From Clostridia bacterium (GTDB taxonomy: Bacteria > Bacillota > Clostridia > TANB77 > CAG-508), in NCBI GenBank assembly GCA_900772235.1, contig CAAGQX010000071.1, positions 1-53,642 of the forward strand: a DNA stretch of 53,642 bases, in the 5' to 3' direction. The position numbers and the translations under genes are program-made. Under the pieces are notes generated by a model. It made no database searches and had not been told where the DNA came from. It worked only from the letters and a program-made list of their open reading frames with translations. This document shows, piece after piece, positions 1-9,479 of this stretch; position 1 is the stretch's first letter, and each line of letters starts with the position of its first letter.

Positions 1-176
1 AACAATTCAATTATACTACTTGAATCACTTTTTTTCTATATTTTTTGTTTCACATCAATTGTAACACTACAAATTGCCAATTCTTGACAATCATATAACT
101 CTAAATTATAATAATAACAGCAATATATGTTTCATTATTTTATTAAGTAAAATCACCAAAAAGAAAAGAGGTTTAT

Positions 177-1217
177 ATGGATTTTTTTTATAGTAATATA
201 GTTTGGATATCTGATGTATTAATTGTTCTGGGAATAATTATATTTTGTAAAATTCTTGGACCATTATTTGCATATATTTTAATTAAGATGTTCAATTTTA
301 AAGAAAAAGATAAAAATAAAATTAAAGAAAATGCTTTTTATAAACCCATAAAAACTTTTATATTGTTACTTGGAATTTATTTTTCAACTAAGCTTTTTTA
401 TATTCCTGATAATATAAAGCTAGTAATAGAAAAAGCATTTAGAATTTGTACAATTTTAATAATAACAAATGGATTTTCAAACTTTGTCAGTCCCAATTCT
501 GATAGCTTTAAAAAACTAAAGAGAAGTCTACACTTTAATGGAAATAATGGGTTAGTTAATATTGCTAGTAGAGCGCTTAAAATACTAATTTATATTGTTT
601 CTGGTTTTATAATTGTAAGTGAATTAGGATATGACCTGGGAGGGCTAGTTACAGGTCTTGGAATATCAAGTGTAGTAATTGCACTTGCTGCGCAAGACTT
701 AGCTAAAAGTTTATTTGGGGGAATTTGCATATTTTTAGATAAGCCTTTTGGTATAGGCGATTATATTGAATTAGATAATTTTGAAGGAACTATTGAAGAT
801 ATTACACTTAGAACAACTAGAATTAGAAGTATAGATGGAGAATTAATTATAATCCCAAACAGCCAAATTTCAGAAAAAGAAATAAAAAACCATACCAAAA
901 GAATTTCAAGAAGGTATACTTCTAGCTTAGTATTAGAGCTTTCTACTCCACTAGAAAAAGTTTCAGATTTTAAGAAAGCATTAGTTATATTACTAAATAA
1001 TACCGAACATATCTTAAAAGAAAATATACGTGTGCTTTTTGATACCGTTTCCGATAATGGAATTAATGTCGAAATTAGTTGTTATACAGATATTATAGAT
1101 TATAATGATTTTTTAGCATTTAAAGAAAACTTAAATTTTGAAATTTTAAATTTATTACAAGTTAAAAATATAGAACTTGCATACGATTCTAAAACTATTT
1201 ATTTAAAAAAGGATTAA
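177..1217 (+). CDS. mechanosensitive ion channel family protein (MscS-like)
   Basis: 346-aa ORF with AAGAGG RBS; N-terminal TM helices followed by an MscS-type block LAAQDLAKSLFGG...FGIGDYIE..GTIEDITLRTTRIR. Confidence 0.85.
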   Translation: MDFFYSNIVWISDVLIVLGIIIFCKILGPLFAYILIKMFNFKEKDKNKIKENAFYKPIKTFILLLGIYFSTKLFYIPDNIKLVIEKAFRICTILIITNGFSNFVSPNSDSFKKLKRSLHFNGNNGLVNIASRALKILIYIVSGFIIVSELGYDLGGLVTGLGISSVVIALAAQDLAKSLFGGICIFLDKPFGIGDYIELDNFEGTIEDITLRTTRIRSIDGELIIIPNSQISEKEIKNHTKRISRRYTSSLVLELSTPLEKVSDFKKALVILLNNTEHILKENIRVLFDTVSDNGINVEISCYTDIIDYNDFLAFKENLNFEILNLLQVKNIELAYDSKTIYLKKD

Positions 1218-1220
1218 GAA

Positions 1221-2109
1221 ATGGAGCTAAATTTATCTTGTTGCACAATATGCCCACATATGTGCAAAGTTAATAGAAATAAACGGACAAGTTGGGAACT
1301 GCAAAGGTACTGCTAATGTAAAAATAAATATGGCATCGCTACATCATTTTGAAGAGCCTTGTATAAGTGGAAAAAATGGTTCTGGAACAGTGTTTTTTTC
1401 TAATTGTAATTTGCACTGTATTTTCTGCCAGAACTACAAAATAAGTCAGTTGGGAGCAGGATATGAAATTTCAATAGAAGAACTTGCTAATATTTTCATA
1501 GAAGAGCAAGAAAATGGAGCAGAAAATATTAATCTGGTAACTCCCACAATGTATGTTCCTCAAATAATTGAAGCAATAAAAATTGCTAAAAACAAAGGGC
1601 TAAACCTGCCAATAATATATAATTCAAATGGTTATGAAAATGTAGAAACAATTAGACTTTTAAATGGATATATAGATGTTTATTTGCCAGATTTAAAATA
1701 TTTTGATGATAATATAGCAAAAAAACTTTCTGGAATAAATAATTACTTTGAAAATGCTAGCAAGGCAATTTTAGAAATGTATTTTCAAGTTGGATTGCCC
1801 CAATTTGATAAAGGAGGATTAATAAAAAGAGGAATAATTATTAGGCATTTAGTTTTACCTGGTTATATAGATAATTCTAAAAAAGTACTTTTATGGATAA
1901 AAGAAAATATGCCCAAAGATGTATATGTTAGTTTGATGGCGCAATATTTTCCAACATACAAGGCGAAAGAAATTCCTAGCCTTAATAGGAAATTAAATTC
2001 AGAAGAATTTAATGAAATAAAAAAATATCTAGAAAAACTAGATATTCATAATGGATATTTTCAAGAATTAGGTGAACACGAAGAAGAATATGTACCTGAG
2101 TTTAAATAG
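1221..2109 (+). CDS. radical SAM protein, PflX-like (pyruvate formate-lyase activase-related); needs a +1 shift at CGG 1284-1286
   Basis: CNLHCIFCQN CxxxCxxC motif in ORF 1330..2109. The N-terminal Cys-rich leader MELNLSCCTICPHMCKVNRNK starts at ATG 1221 in another frame and joins as ...NRNK|GQVGNCKGTANVKINMASLHHFEEPCISG when C1284 is skipped. Confidence 0.75.
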
Positions 2110-2115
2110 TAGAAA

Positions 2116-2286
2116 TTATTTGTTTTCTACTATTTTCGTTTTATTTTCATTTATAACTTGGTTTGATGTACTAAATGAATTTGCTAAATATCCCGCAACA
2201 AAACCAATTAAAAAAACTAGAATCATTACAACTGTTGTTCTAATGCTTTCTTGTTTGTTGTATATTTCTTTATCATAAACCTTCAT
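2116..2286 (-). CDS. small hypothetical membrane protein (56 aa)
   Basis: Hand-translated MKVYDKEIYNKQESIRTTVVMILVFLIGFVAGYLANSFSTSNQVINENKTKIVENK; one clear TM helix; below the ORF-track length cut-off; more protein-like than the overlapping + strand ORF 2072..2278. Confidence 0.3.
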   Translation of the reverse strand: MKVYDKEIYNKQESIRTTVVMILVFLIGFVAGYLANSFSTSNQVINENKTKIVENK

Positions 2287-2438
2287 TTAGACATCACTTC
2301 TTTCTTAAAATAATATAGATATATTTTAACTCAGTATTTAAAATAATGCAAGTATATTTTTATGAAAAATATTTGTTAAAAAATTTATTAATTCTCTCAA
2401 TTTATTTAAATAATCCCTTATAGTTATTCATAAATTAA

Positions 2439-4289
2439 TTATATTTCTAAATATTTATATTCAATATTATTTTTCTTTAGTATTTCTTTTTCTCTTGTGC
2501 TACACGTAAAAATAATTATTTGATTTTCTTTAAAATTTTCGTCTAAATATTTTAATATATTTTCTAGTCTTTCATCATCAAAATATGCAAATGTTTCATC
2601 TAATATTATTGGCATACTTTCTTTTGAAATTTCTTGTAGCACAGCAAGTCTTAATGCTAAATATAATTGGTCTATTGTTCCTGTACTTAAAAGCATAGCA
2701 TTTTTATAACTTCCATTTTCAAGTTCTATAGTTAAGCCTTCTTCTTCATTAAAAATAATGTTTTTATATTTTTCTCCTATAACTCCTTTGGCATTTTTTA
2801 ATAGGTTTTCAGTAAATTTAGGTGTAATATTATTTTTCATTTTATTATATGCTTTTTCTAGTATTTCTTTTGCGAGAAGAATTGCTTGTCCTAATTTTAA
2901 AATTTCTTGTTCTTGATTTTTTAAATTTTCTAATTGTTCTTCTAAATTTATTTTTTCTTCTATTTGTTCAGTAATATTTTTTTCTTGTAATTCAATTTGG
3001 TATTTTTGGAATTTTAAATTATTATATTTTTCATTTTCAGTTTTTATTTCTTTTTCTATTTCCTCTAAATTTTTATTTGTTAATTCCAAAATTAATTTTT
3101 CATTAATATTATTTTTATATTTTTGTAATAATATTTTTTCTGCATTTTTATTTTCTGTATTTATTTTATTTAATAAATTATTAATATCTTGTTCTAATTC
3201 TTTTATTATTTTATTTATTATATTTTTTTCATTATTTATTTTTTGATTATTTATTTTATTTTTATTTTTAATAATTAAAATTAAATTAAATATTAACCCT
3301 ATTAAAATTAATGCAGAAATAATTATTTTTATTTTATAATTAATTTTAATAATTAAATTTAAAAATAATAAAATAAATAAAACAAATAATAATATTATTA
3401 ATTTTTTATTTTTTATTTTATTTTCTTTTTTATTATTAATATTATTTTTTTCTATATTATTTATTTTATTTTTATTTTCTTCTATTAAATTATTTTTAAT
3501 ATTTATTTGTTCTTCTATTATATTATTTTTTTCTTTTATTTTTTTTATTTCATTTAATAAATTATTTTTATTTTCTATATTTATTATTTCGTTATTTATA
3601 TTATTTTTTTGATAATTTATTTGATTTTTATTTTCTTCATTATTTTTTATTTCATTTATTTTTTTCGTAATATTTTCTATTTTATTTTTTACAATATTTA
3701 ATGGTCTGCCAACTGTTCTTTCTGTTCCTATTTCTTCTATATATTTTTTATTTAATTTATCAATAGTTTTTTTATATGATGTATTATTTTCTCCAGTACT
3801 TATTAAATTAGATATTTTTTGCACAACATTTCTTCTGTCTGTAGAATCTAAAATAATTTCTTTTTGTTCTATAAATGTTGATGAATTAAAAATATTTTCA
3901 TCTACACCTGTTTGTTCAAAGAAAAATTCATTGCCTTTATTTTTATCAATATTAAAATTTTTAGAAATATCTTCATAATTTTCATTATATATTTTAGGAT
4001 TTTTTTTGCCAAATTCTCTAAACACTTCAAATTGTTTTTTATCATCTAATGTATAAATTATCTTACCCGAATATTCTTCTCCTTCCCAAGGCTTATATCT
4101 ATCAAAATCGGAAATATCTTTTCCATTTTTATTTTTGGATGCACCATAAAACATTGATGATATAAATTTAAGCATAGTTGTTTTTCCTTGTTCGTTTTTT
4201 CCATAAATAATATTTATATTTTTATTTAAATTTATTTCCTTATTTTTTATTTTTCCAAATCCATTTATTTTTAATAAATCTATATTCAA
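2439..4289 (-). CDS. AAA-family ATPase, YhaN/SbcC-like, with N/K/I-rich coiled coil and a central TM hairpin
   Basis: N-terminal Walker A GKNEQGKTT; C-terminal ABC-signature/Walker B region LSTGTIDQLYLALRLA...PIILDETF; immediately downstream of an SbcD-like nuclease gene. Confidence 0.7.
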   Translation of the reverse strand: MNIDLLKINGFGKIKNKEINLNKNINIIYGKNEQGKTTMLKFISSMFYGASKNKNGKDISDFDRYKPWEGEEYSGKIIYTLDDKKQFEVFREFGKKNPKIYNENYEDISKNFNIDKNKGNEFFFEQTGVDENIFNSSTFIEQKEIILDSTDRRNVVQKISNLISTGENNTSYKKTIDKLNKKYIEEIGTERTVGRPLNIVKNKIENITKKINEIKNNEENKNQINYQKNNINNEIINIENKNNLLNEIKKIKEKNNIIEEQINIKNNLIEENKNKINNIEKNNINNKKENKIKNKKLIILLFVLFILLFLNLIIKINYKIKIIISALILIGLIFNLILIIKNKNKINNQKINNEKNIINKIIKELEQDINNLLNKINTENKNAEKILLQKYKNNINEKLILELTNKNLEEIEKEIKTENEKYNNLKFQKYQIELQEKNITEQIEEKINLEEQLENLKNQEQEILKLGQAILLAKEILEKAYNKMKNNITPKFTENLLKNAKGVIGEKYKNIIFNEEEGLTIELENGSYKNAMLLSTGTIDQLYLALRLAVLQEISKESMPIILDETFAYFDDERLENILKYLDENFKENQIIIFTCSTREKEILKKNNIEYKYLEI

Positions 4290-4323
4290 ATTATGCCTCC
4301 CTCAATTCAATAGTCAATTTTTA

Positions 4324-5391
4324 TTATGTCATATTATTTAGCCCAATTTCTATTGCTTTTTCTATTGTTTCTTTATCTTCTTTGTTTTCTTCTAATAGTT
4401 GTAACATTTCTTTCACAAAAATACCCTTTAAATTATTTTGCTGTGATAATTCTTCTAAATTATATTTTATTTTTGTATTATTTTTTATTTTTAATATATT
4501 TTTATTATTTAATAATTTTAATATTTTATTTTCTTCTATTTCAAATTGCCTTGTTCCTTCTAGAATTATTTTAATCATTATATTTTCTTCTATATTAAGT
4601 CCATTAAGCAATTCAATCAATTCTTCTACTGTATTTAAGTTGGTTACATCTATTTTTCTTTCTTCAAAAATTCTATTATCTAATTTTATAAAGTTAATTT
4701 TTACATCTGCTTTGTTTACCTCTGCTACTATCATTCCGTGCTTACCTTGTTCATCGAACCCTAAAGAAACTGTTGATCCTGGGTAAACAATATTATTATC
4801 TATAATTTGTCTTTTATGAATATGCCCCATAGCAATATAGTCAAAGCCCAAAGTTTCTAGTTCATTTTTGCTTACTGGGTTATATTGCACATCCGCGGTT
4901 TTACTTGCATCAATATCTCCGTGAACAATTAAGATATTTATTTTATTTTTATTTTTTATTGTAATTTCTTTAGTATTAAAATTATTACAATAAAAATCAT
5001 TAAATCCAAATCCATAAATATCTACATCTTCAAATTCATAAAGTCCAATTTCAGAATTAAAAATATAAACATTATTGTTCCATTCAAAATTGTTGTAGTA
5101 CGAATTTTTTAAAAATGGATCGTGGTTTCCTGGTGAAATAAAAATTTTTGTATTTGGTATGGTTTTAAATAAATTATTTATATATTCTATTGTTGTTTTT
5201 TTTATGTATTTTTGATCGTATAAATCTCCTGCAATAAATAAGTATGGAATTTCTTCCTTTTTTATATATTCAATTACTTGTTTAAATGCTTGTCTTTGTT
5301 CTAGTCTTCGTATATCTCCAAGGTTTTCATTTTCACCTAAAAAAGTAAATGGAGTATCGAAATGTGTATCTGCAATGTGTATAAATCTCAT
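4324..5391 (-). CDS. metallophosphoesterase, DNA repair exonuclease SbcD/YhaO-like
   Basis: MRFIHIADTHFD, GDLYD, GNHDP, GHIH calcineurin-like phosphoesterase motifs. Confidence 0.8.
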   Translation of the reverse strand: MRFIHIADTHFDTPFTFLGENENLGDIRRLEQRQAFKQVIEYIKKEEIPYLFIAGDLYDQKYIKKTTIEYINNLFKTIPNTKIFISPGNHDPFLKNSYYNNFEWNNNVYIFNSEIGLYEFEDVDIYGFGFNDFYCNNFNTKEITIKNKNKINILIVHGDIDASKTADVQYNPVSKNELETLGFDYIAMGHIHKRQIIDNNIVYPGSTVSLGFDEQGKHGMIVAEVNKADVKINFIKLDNRIFEERKIDVTNLNTVEELIELLNGLNIEENIMIKIILEGTRQFEIEENKILKLLNNKNILKIKNNTKIKYNLEELSQQNNLKGIFVKEMLQLLEENKEDKETIEKAIEIGLNNMT

Positions 5392-5951
5392 TATTTTTCT
5401 CCTAATAAATAATTTCTTGTTATTATTGTATCTATATGCATAATATTTTTCTTTTTTAGTTGTAATTTTATTTTCTCGTCTAATATATAAAGCATCGCTT
5501 CATCTATTCCTTTTTCTAGTAATTCATTTATATAATCTATATCTGGCAAATTTCTTTCTTTGCTTGTCCTATCTGATATAAATAATACTTTTGCTAACAT
5601 ATCCATATTAGGAAGTCCTGTAGTATGAGCTCTGATAGCTCTTGCCATACTATCATCAAATTCAAAATGTTTTTTTGCTATATCTGCTCCAATTTTTGCG
5701 TGTAGCAATGTTGGGTTAGCTTTTTCTATTTCATCAACTTCTATATTATTTTTTTTGCAATATTCTAACTTCTCATCTTCTGGCAATTCTTTTGCTATAT
5801 CATGTGCAATTCCAACTTTTTGCGCTATTTCTGCATCAACACCAAATTTTTCTGCAATTTCTTTACATCTTTCCATTACGCATTTTGAATGATAATATCT
5901 TTTTTCTGATAAATGTTTTTCTACATATTCTTGTATCTCTTCTAATTTCAT
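5391..5951 (-). CDS. yqeK: HD-domain protein, YqeK-like bis(5'-nucleosyl)-tetraphosphatase
   Basis: HSKCV...GIAHDIAKE...LLHAKIGA...AIRAHTTG HD pattern. Start moved to ATG 5951, preceded by AAGAGGGG RBS; the longer ORF to 6086 overlaps the upstream gene. Confidence 0.7.
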   Translation of the reverse strand: MKLEEIQEYVEKHLSEKRYYHSKCVMERCKEIAEKFGVDAEIAQKVGIAHDIAKELPEDEKLEYCKKNNIEVDEIEKANPTLLHAKIGADIAKKHFEFDDSMARAIRAHTTGLPNMDMLAKVLFISDRTSKERNLPDIDYINELLEKGIDEAMLYILDEKIKLQLKKKNIMHIDTIITRNYLLGEK

Positions 5952-5979
5952 TACTGCACCCCTCTTTTTAGAATTTGCA

Positions 5980-6717
5980 CTATTTTGTTTCAAGTCCTCC
6001 ATATACAGCATATGCTTGTCCCAGTATCTTGCTTGCCATCTGGTCTCCAAAACTTTTGTGCCATATTTCATATGGATAATTTGCAAATCCCTCTTCTTTA
6101 AATATGTTACATAACACTCTTCTATTTAAGAGAATCTCTGTTTCTTCCGGACTAAGTATATCACCGCTTTCCAGTTTTTCTTCATAATATCTTGTGTAAG
6201 AATTTTGTCCAAATTCATCAAACCCTGCACCTAAGTTAATTGGTTCTCCAGAGCTATTACATATGGTCAAATCTATTGCTGCGCCAGTATTATGTGGTGA
6301 TGGTTTTTGCCTGTCTGTTGATGCAAGAGAAACAAATTTTTTTGTATATAGGATTAAGCTATCTCCTTCTAATTTAGTACTTCTTTTGAATTCCCTGTAA
6401 TATCTATTAAATAAAGCATCTTGTGTTTTAATGGTTCTATAGGCATCCCATATTAGCAAATTAAATCCATCAGGCAAACTATTTGCTATTATACTTAATT
6501 TGTATTTTATTGTTTTCCTAACTTTACAATCATTTTCTGCTCCTGGAATATTGTTAATATAGTACTGTGGGCTTAATATTATTTTATTTACATTTTTTAG
6601 TGAAACAAGCTCTTCTTTGCATTCTTTAATACTTATCTTATTCCAATTATCAAAGTCGTTATTATATCGTTCAATTGGTTCTAAATATTTTTCTGGCACA
6701 CATTCATATAATTTCAT
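5980..6717 (-). CDS. ddpX: D-alanyl-D-alanine dipeptidase, M15 VanX/DdpX family
   Basis: WDAYRT..Q, SPHNTGAAIDLT and EIWH motifs typical of VanX-type Zn dipeptidases; abuts the ddl stop codon. Confidence 0.75.
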   Translation of the reverse strand: MKLYECVPEKYLEPIERYNNDFDNWNKISIKECKEELVSLKNVNKIILSPQYYINNIPGAENDCKVRKTIKYKLSIIANSLPDGFNLLIWDAYRTIKTQDALFNRYYREFKRSTKLEGDSLILYTKKFVSLASTDRQKPSPHNTGAAIDLTICNSSGEPINLGAGFDEFGQNSYTRYYEEKLESGDILSPEETEILLNRRVLCNIFKEEGFANYPYEIWHKSFGDQMASKILGQAYAVYGGLETK

Positions 6718-7908
6718 CTATTTTTTTACTCCTTTTACTCCATTTCCTAATGCTAAAATGTTTTGATCATATGAATATGTTCTATTTGCTCTTTCTCTAT
6801 CTCTTTTAAAAGCCAAATTTATTAACTCATCTAGCTCTTCCTCGAATTTTTTGTTAGTTGCTTCCCATAGATAATATGATAAGGCTCCTGGTATAGTATT
6901 AATTTCATTTACATATATTTTGTCATCTTCGTCTAAGTCAATCATAAAATCTATTCTTGATACGCCATTACATCCTAAAAGTTTAAAAGTTTGTATTGCA
7001 ATTTCTTGAATTTTCTTCATTTGTTCATCAGAAATTTCAGCAGGAACTTTTCTTTGTAATGTAGCCATTCCCTTGCTTTTCGTTCCTCCTTTTGTTTTGC
7101 TGTTTCCAACATATTTATCTGTGTAACTTAAAATTTCATCACTTCCAATTGGTTCTTCACATATTGAAGCTGTTGCATCTATCATATCTCCAATAACAGA
7201 ACAATTTACTTCTTTTAAATGTTCTATTGCTTTTTCTACCATTATTCTGTCGGAAAATTCCATAGAAAATTCTATTGCTTCTATTAGCTCTGCTCTGTTT
7301 TTTGCTTTTTTTATTCCTACACTCGATCCAAGATTTCCTGCCTTTACAATTACAGGATATAAAATTTCTTTCTCTATTTTATTTAAATATTCTTCCTCAT
7401 TTTTTATATAATCTAATGAATAAAAAGCTATGTAATCAAGTGATGGTATGTTTTGTTCCTTAAGTATTCTTCTCATCATTATCTTATCCATTCCTATACT
7501 AGAAGCTAAAACATCTGGTCCAACATATGGTACACCCAGTATTTCTAAGAATCCTTGTATTGCACCATCTTCTCCATTTGTACCGTGCATTATAGGAAAT
7601 GCAACATCTATTGAATTTATAATATTTTTAGTGAACATTTTATTGCTTACTCTTATTAAATTAGCTTTTGGCCCATCATTTACTAGTACTATTTCTTCGC
7701 ATTTTTTTATTAGTTCATCCATATTCTTAAATTCTTTTAAGTCTAGCAATTTTTCTCCTGTATACATTTTTCCATTTTTGCTAATGTATATTGGTACTAT
7801 CTCATACTTTTCTTTATTTAAATTAGTAATTGCTTGATTTGCTGTTATTATTGATATTTCGTGTTCTACGGTTTTTCCTCCAAAAATAATTCCAACTTTT
7901 AATTTCAT
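6718..7908 (-). CDS. ddl: D-alanine--D-alanine ligase family protein (long form, 396 aa)
   Basis: KVGIIFGGKTVEHEISI N-terminus, ATP-grasp core (GEDG.IQG, PVIVKAGNLGSSVGI, YVNEINTIPG). Confidence 0.85.
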   Translation of the reverse strand: MKLKVGIIFGGKTVEHEISIITANQAITNLNKEKYEIVPIYISKNGKMYTGEKLLDLKEFKNMDELIKKCEEIVLVNDGPKANLIRVSNKMFTKNIINSIDVAFPIMHGTNGEDGAIQGFLEILGVPYVGPDVLASSIGMDKIMMRRILKEQNIPSLDYIAFYSLDYIKNEEEYLNKIEKEILYPVIVKAGNLGSSVGIKKAKNRAELIEAIEFSMEFSDRIMVEKAIEHLKEVNCSVIGDMIDATASICEEPIGSDEILSYTDKYVGNSKTKGGTKSKGMATLQRKVPAEISDEQMKKIQEIAIQTFKLLGCNGVSRIDFMIDLDEDDKIYVNEINTIPGALSYYLWEATNKKFEEELDELINLAFKRDRERANRTYSYDQNILALGNGVKGVKK

Positions 7909-7931
7909 ATTACCATATCCTTTCTTTTTAA

Positions 7932-9479
7932 TTATAAATAATTATCTGGCAAGTCATTTTCAAATAGTACAACAGTATTTCCATCTATCATTTCATTCAT
8001 TTTCTTAATGGCCTCTGATAAATTTGATGCCACAAAAACATTTTTTTCTTCGTATTGTTCTTCTTTTATTCCTTCCATAATAGGTTTAGACTGTTTCTCT
8101 CCCACTAAAATAATATAGTCACTGTTTTTTGCTGCTTGCTTTCCAAATTGTTTATTATAAATTTCCGTTTTGTCTCCTAAGTCTACAATTCCTGGTGTAA
8201 TTAGTACTTTCTTCATATTCTTAAAGCTATTTAGTACTTCTAATGCCATTTGTGCACCTTTAACATTTGAATTGTATGCATCATCTATTATTATTGAACC
8301 ATTCGCATTTCTTTTTAATTCTAATCTATGTGTAACAGGCTTTAAAACCCTTATGCCTCTTATTATTTCTTCTTCAGTAAGTCCAAGTTCATTACATACT
8401 GCAACTGCACCAACAATATTAATTATGTTGTGTGTTCCTAATAATTTTGTTTTTACATGTATTGTTTTAACATTTTTCATATTAATGTCAAAATTCGAAC
8501 CAAACTCGTTCATTTCTATATTTTCTGCATAATAATCGCACTTATCACTAATACCGAATTTTATATTGTTATTTTTAAATTCAATTTTACTTATATTTTC
8601 GTCTTCATTATTCACAAAAGATAAACCGTCTGGTGGTAAACTTTGAATTAATTCTAGCTTAGTTTTTTTAACATTCTCAATTGTTTTAAATGTTTCTAAG
8701 TGTTGTGGTCCAATAGCTGTCAAAATTCCATATGTTGGTTTTACTAAATTGCATATTTCTTTTATATCTCCTACACATTTTGCTCCCATTTCGCATACAA
8801 ATATTTGGTGTGTACTATTTAGTTGTTCGTTAATAGTTCTTACTACTCCCATTGTTGTATTGTAACTTCCCTGGGTTATTAATGTATTATATTTTTGGGA
8901 TAAAATGGTACCTAATATATATTTAGTACTAGTTTTCCCATAACTTCCTGTAATTCCTATTATCTTTAAATTAGCATTTTCTTTTAATTTTTTTTGGGCT
9001 TTTTTATAGAATTTTAATTGTATTAATTTTTCTACCGGTGAATTTATAATATTTATCAATAGTATAAAAAGATATATAAATATAACTAGTGCATCTGCAA
9101 CTAATATGAATTTACTATTTATATTAGATACTACCAAAAGGATTAATAAAATTATTCCTTCTGTAAAATACATCCTTTTTACTCTGCTCGTAATAACTAG
9201 TGGTTTTTTTTCTATGTATTGAACTTTAAACATTAAAAGTAATAACATCCAAACAATATTTATTGCCATTGCCACCTTAAAATTAAAGAAAAAAACTATC
9301 ATTGGAATAAATGTAAGTAAGTCTTTTTGTAATAATGCATTATTTTTTTTCATCCATTTTAAATATCTTTCATTTCTATAAGACTCAAGCTGTAGCATAT
9401 GATATGCATGTCTTGATTTATATAATATATAAGTTATTGCTAAAATTGAAAATGTATTTATGAGTATATAATTAATCAT
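7932..9479 (-). CDS. Mur ligase family protein, MurF-like, with N-terminal polytopic membrane domain
   Basis: P-loop GITGSYGKTSTK near residue 175, DDAYNSN and C-terminal Mur-ligase domain; the first ~155 aa are hydrophobic TM helices instead of the usual MurF N-domain. Confidence 0.7.
   Translation of the reverse strand: MINYILINTFSILAITYILYKSRHAYHMLQLESYRNERYLKWMKKNNALLQKDLLTFIPMIVFFFNFKVAMAINIVWMLLLLMFKVQYIEKKPLVITSRVKRMYFTEGIILLILLVVSNINSKFILVADALVIFIYLFILLINIINSPVEKLIQLKFYKKAQKKLKENANLKIIGITGSYGKTSTKYILGTILSQKYNTLITQGSYNTTMGVVRTINEQLNSTHQIFVCEMGAKCVGDIKEICNLVKPTYGILTAIGPQHLETFKTIENVKKTKLELIQSLPPDGLSFVNNEDENISKIEFKNNNIKFGISDKCDYYAENIEMNEFGSNFDINMKNVKTIHVKTKLLGTHNIINIVGAVAVCNELGLTEEEIIRGIRVLKPVTHRLELKRNANGSIIIDDAYNSNVKGAQMALEVLNSFKNMKKVLITPGIVDLGDKTEIYNKQFGKQAAKNSDYIILVGEKQSKPIMEGIKEEQYEEKNVFVASNLSEAIKKMNEMIDGNTVVLFENDLPDNYL

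Noticed and set aside
2072-2278. 68-aa + strand ORF overlapping the end of the radical-SAM gene
   Set aside because: It starts inside the upstream gene without an RBS. The minus-strand 56-aa ORF 2116..2286 is a somewhat better, though still weak, explanation of this gap.
3100-3700. Quasi-periodic A/T-rich repeats that look like a possible CRISPR or tandem-repeat array
   Set aside because: There are no conserved direct repeats with unique spacers. The region is an uninterrupted reading frame encoding the N/K/I-rich coiled coil of the YhaN-like ATPase.
4326-4786. Antisense ORFs 4326..4574 and 4382..4786. The same class occurs at 7275..7837, 8170..8532, 11884..12138, 13085..13819, 21037..21261, 22143..22971, 23732..24352, 25672..25939, 26628..26927, 32304..32486, 34461..35118, 35937..36212, 38569..39306, 40622..41161, 42846..43439, 43605..43799, 44703..45888, 47489..47749, 48191..48463, 50361..50735, 51552..51734 and 53148..53441
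   Set aside because: All overlap well-supported genes on the opposite strand or in another frame. They have low-complexity hydrophobic translations and lack RBS signals, which marks them as shadow ORFs of an AT-rich genome.
5952-6086. N-terminal extension of the HD-domain ORF
   Set aside because: It overlaps the 3' end of the dipeptidase gene. An RBS-preceded ATG at 5951 gives the conserved YqeK-like start.
5980-7908. ddl plus a VanX-like gene as a vancomycin-resistance (van) cluster
   Set aside because: There is no vanH dehydrogenase, vanR/S or vanY in the neighbourhood. D-Lac or D-Ser specificity of the ligase cannot be read from the sequence by eye. It is kept only as an unusual-operon note.
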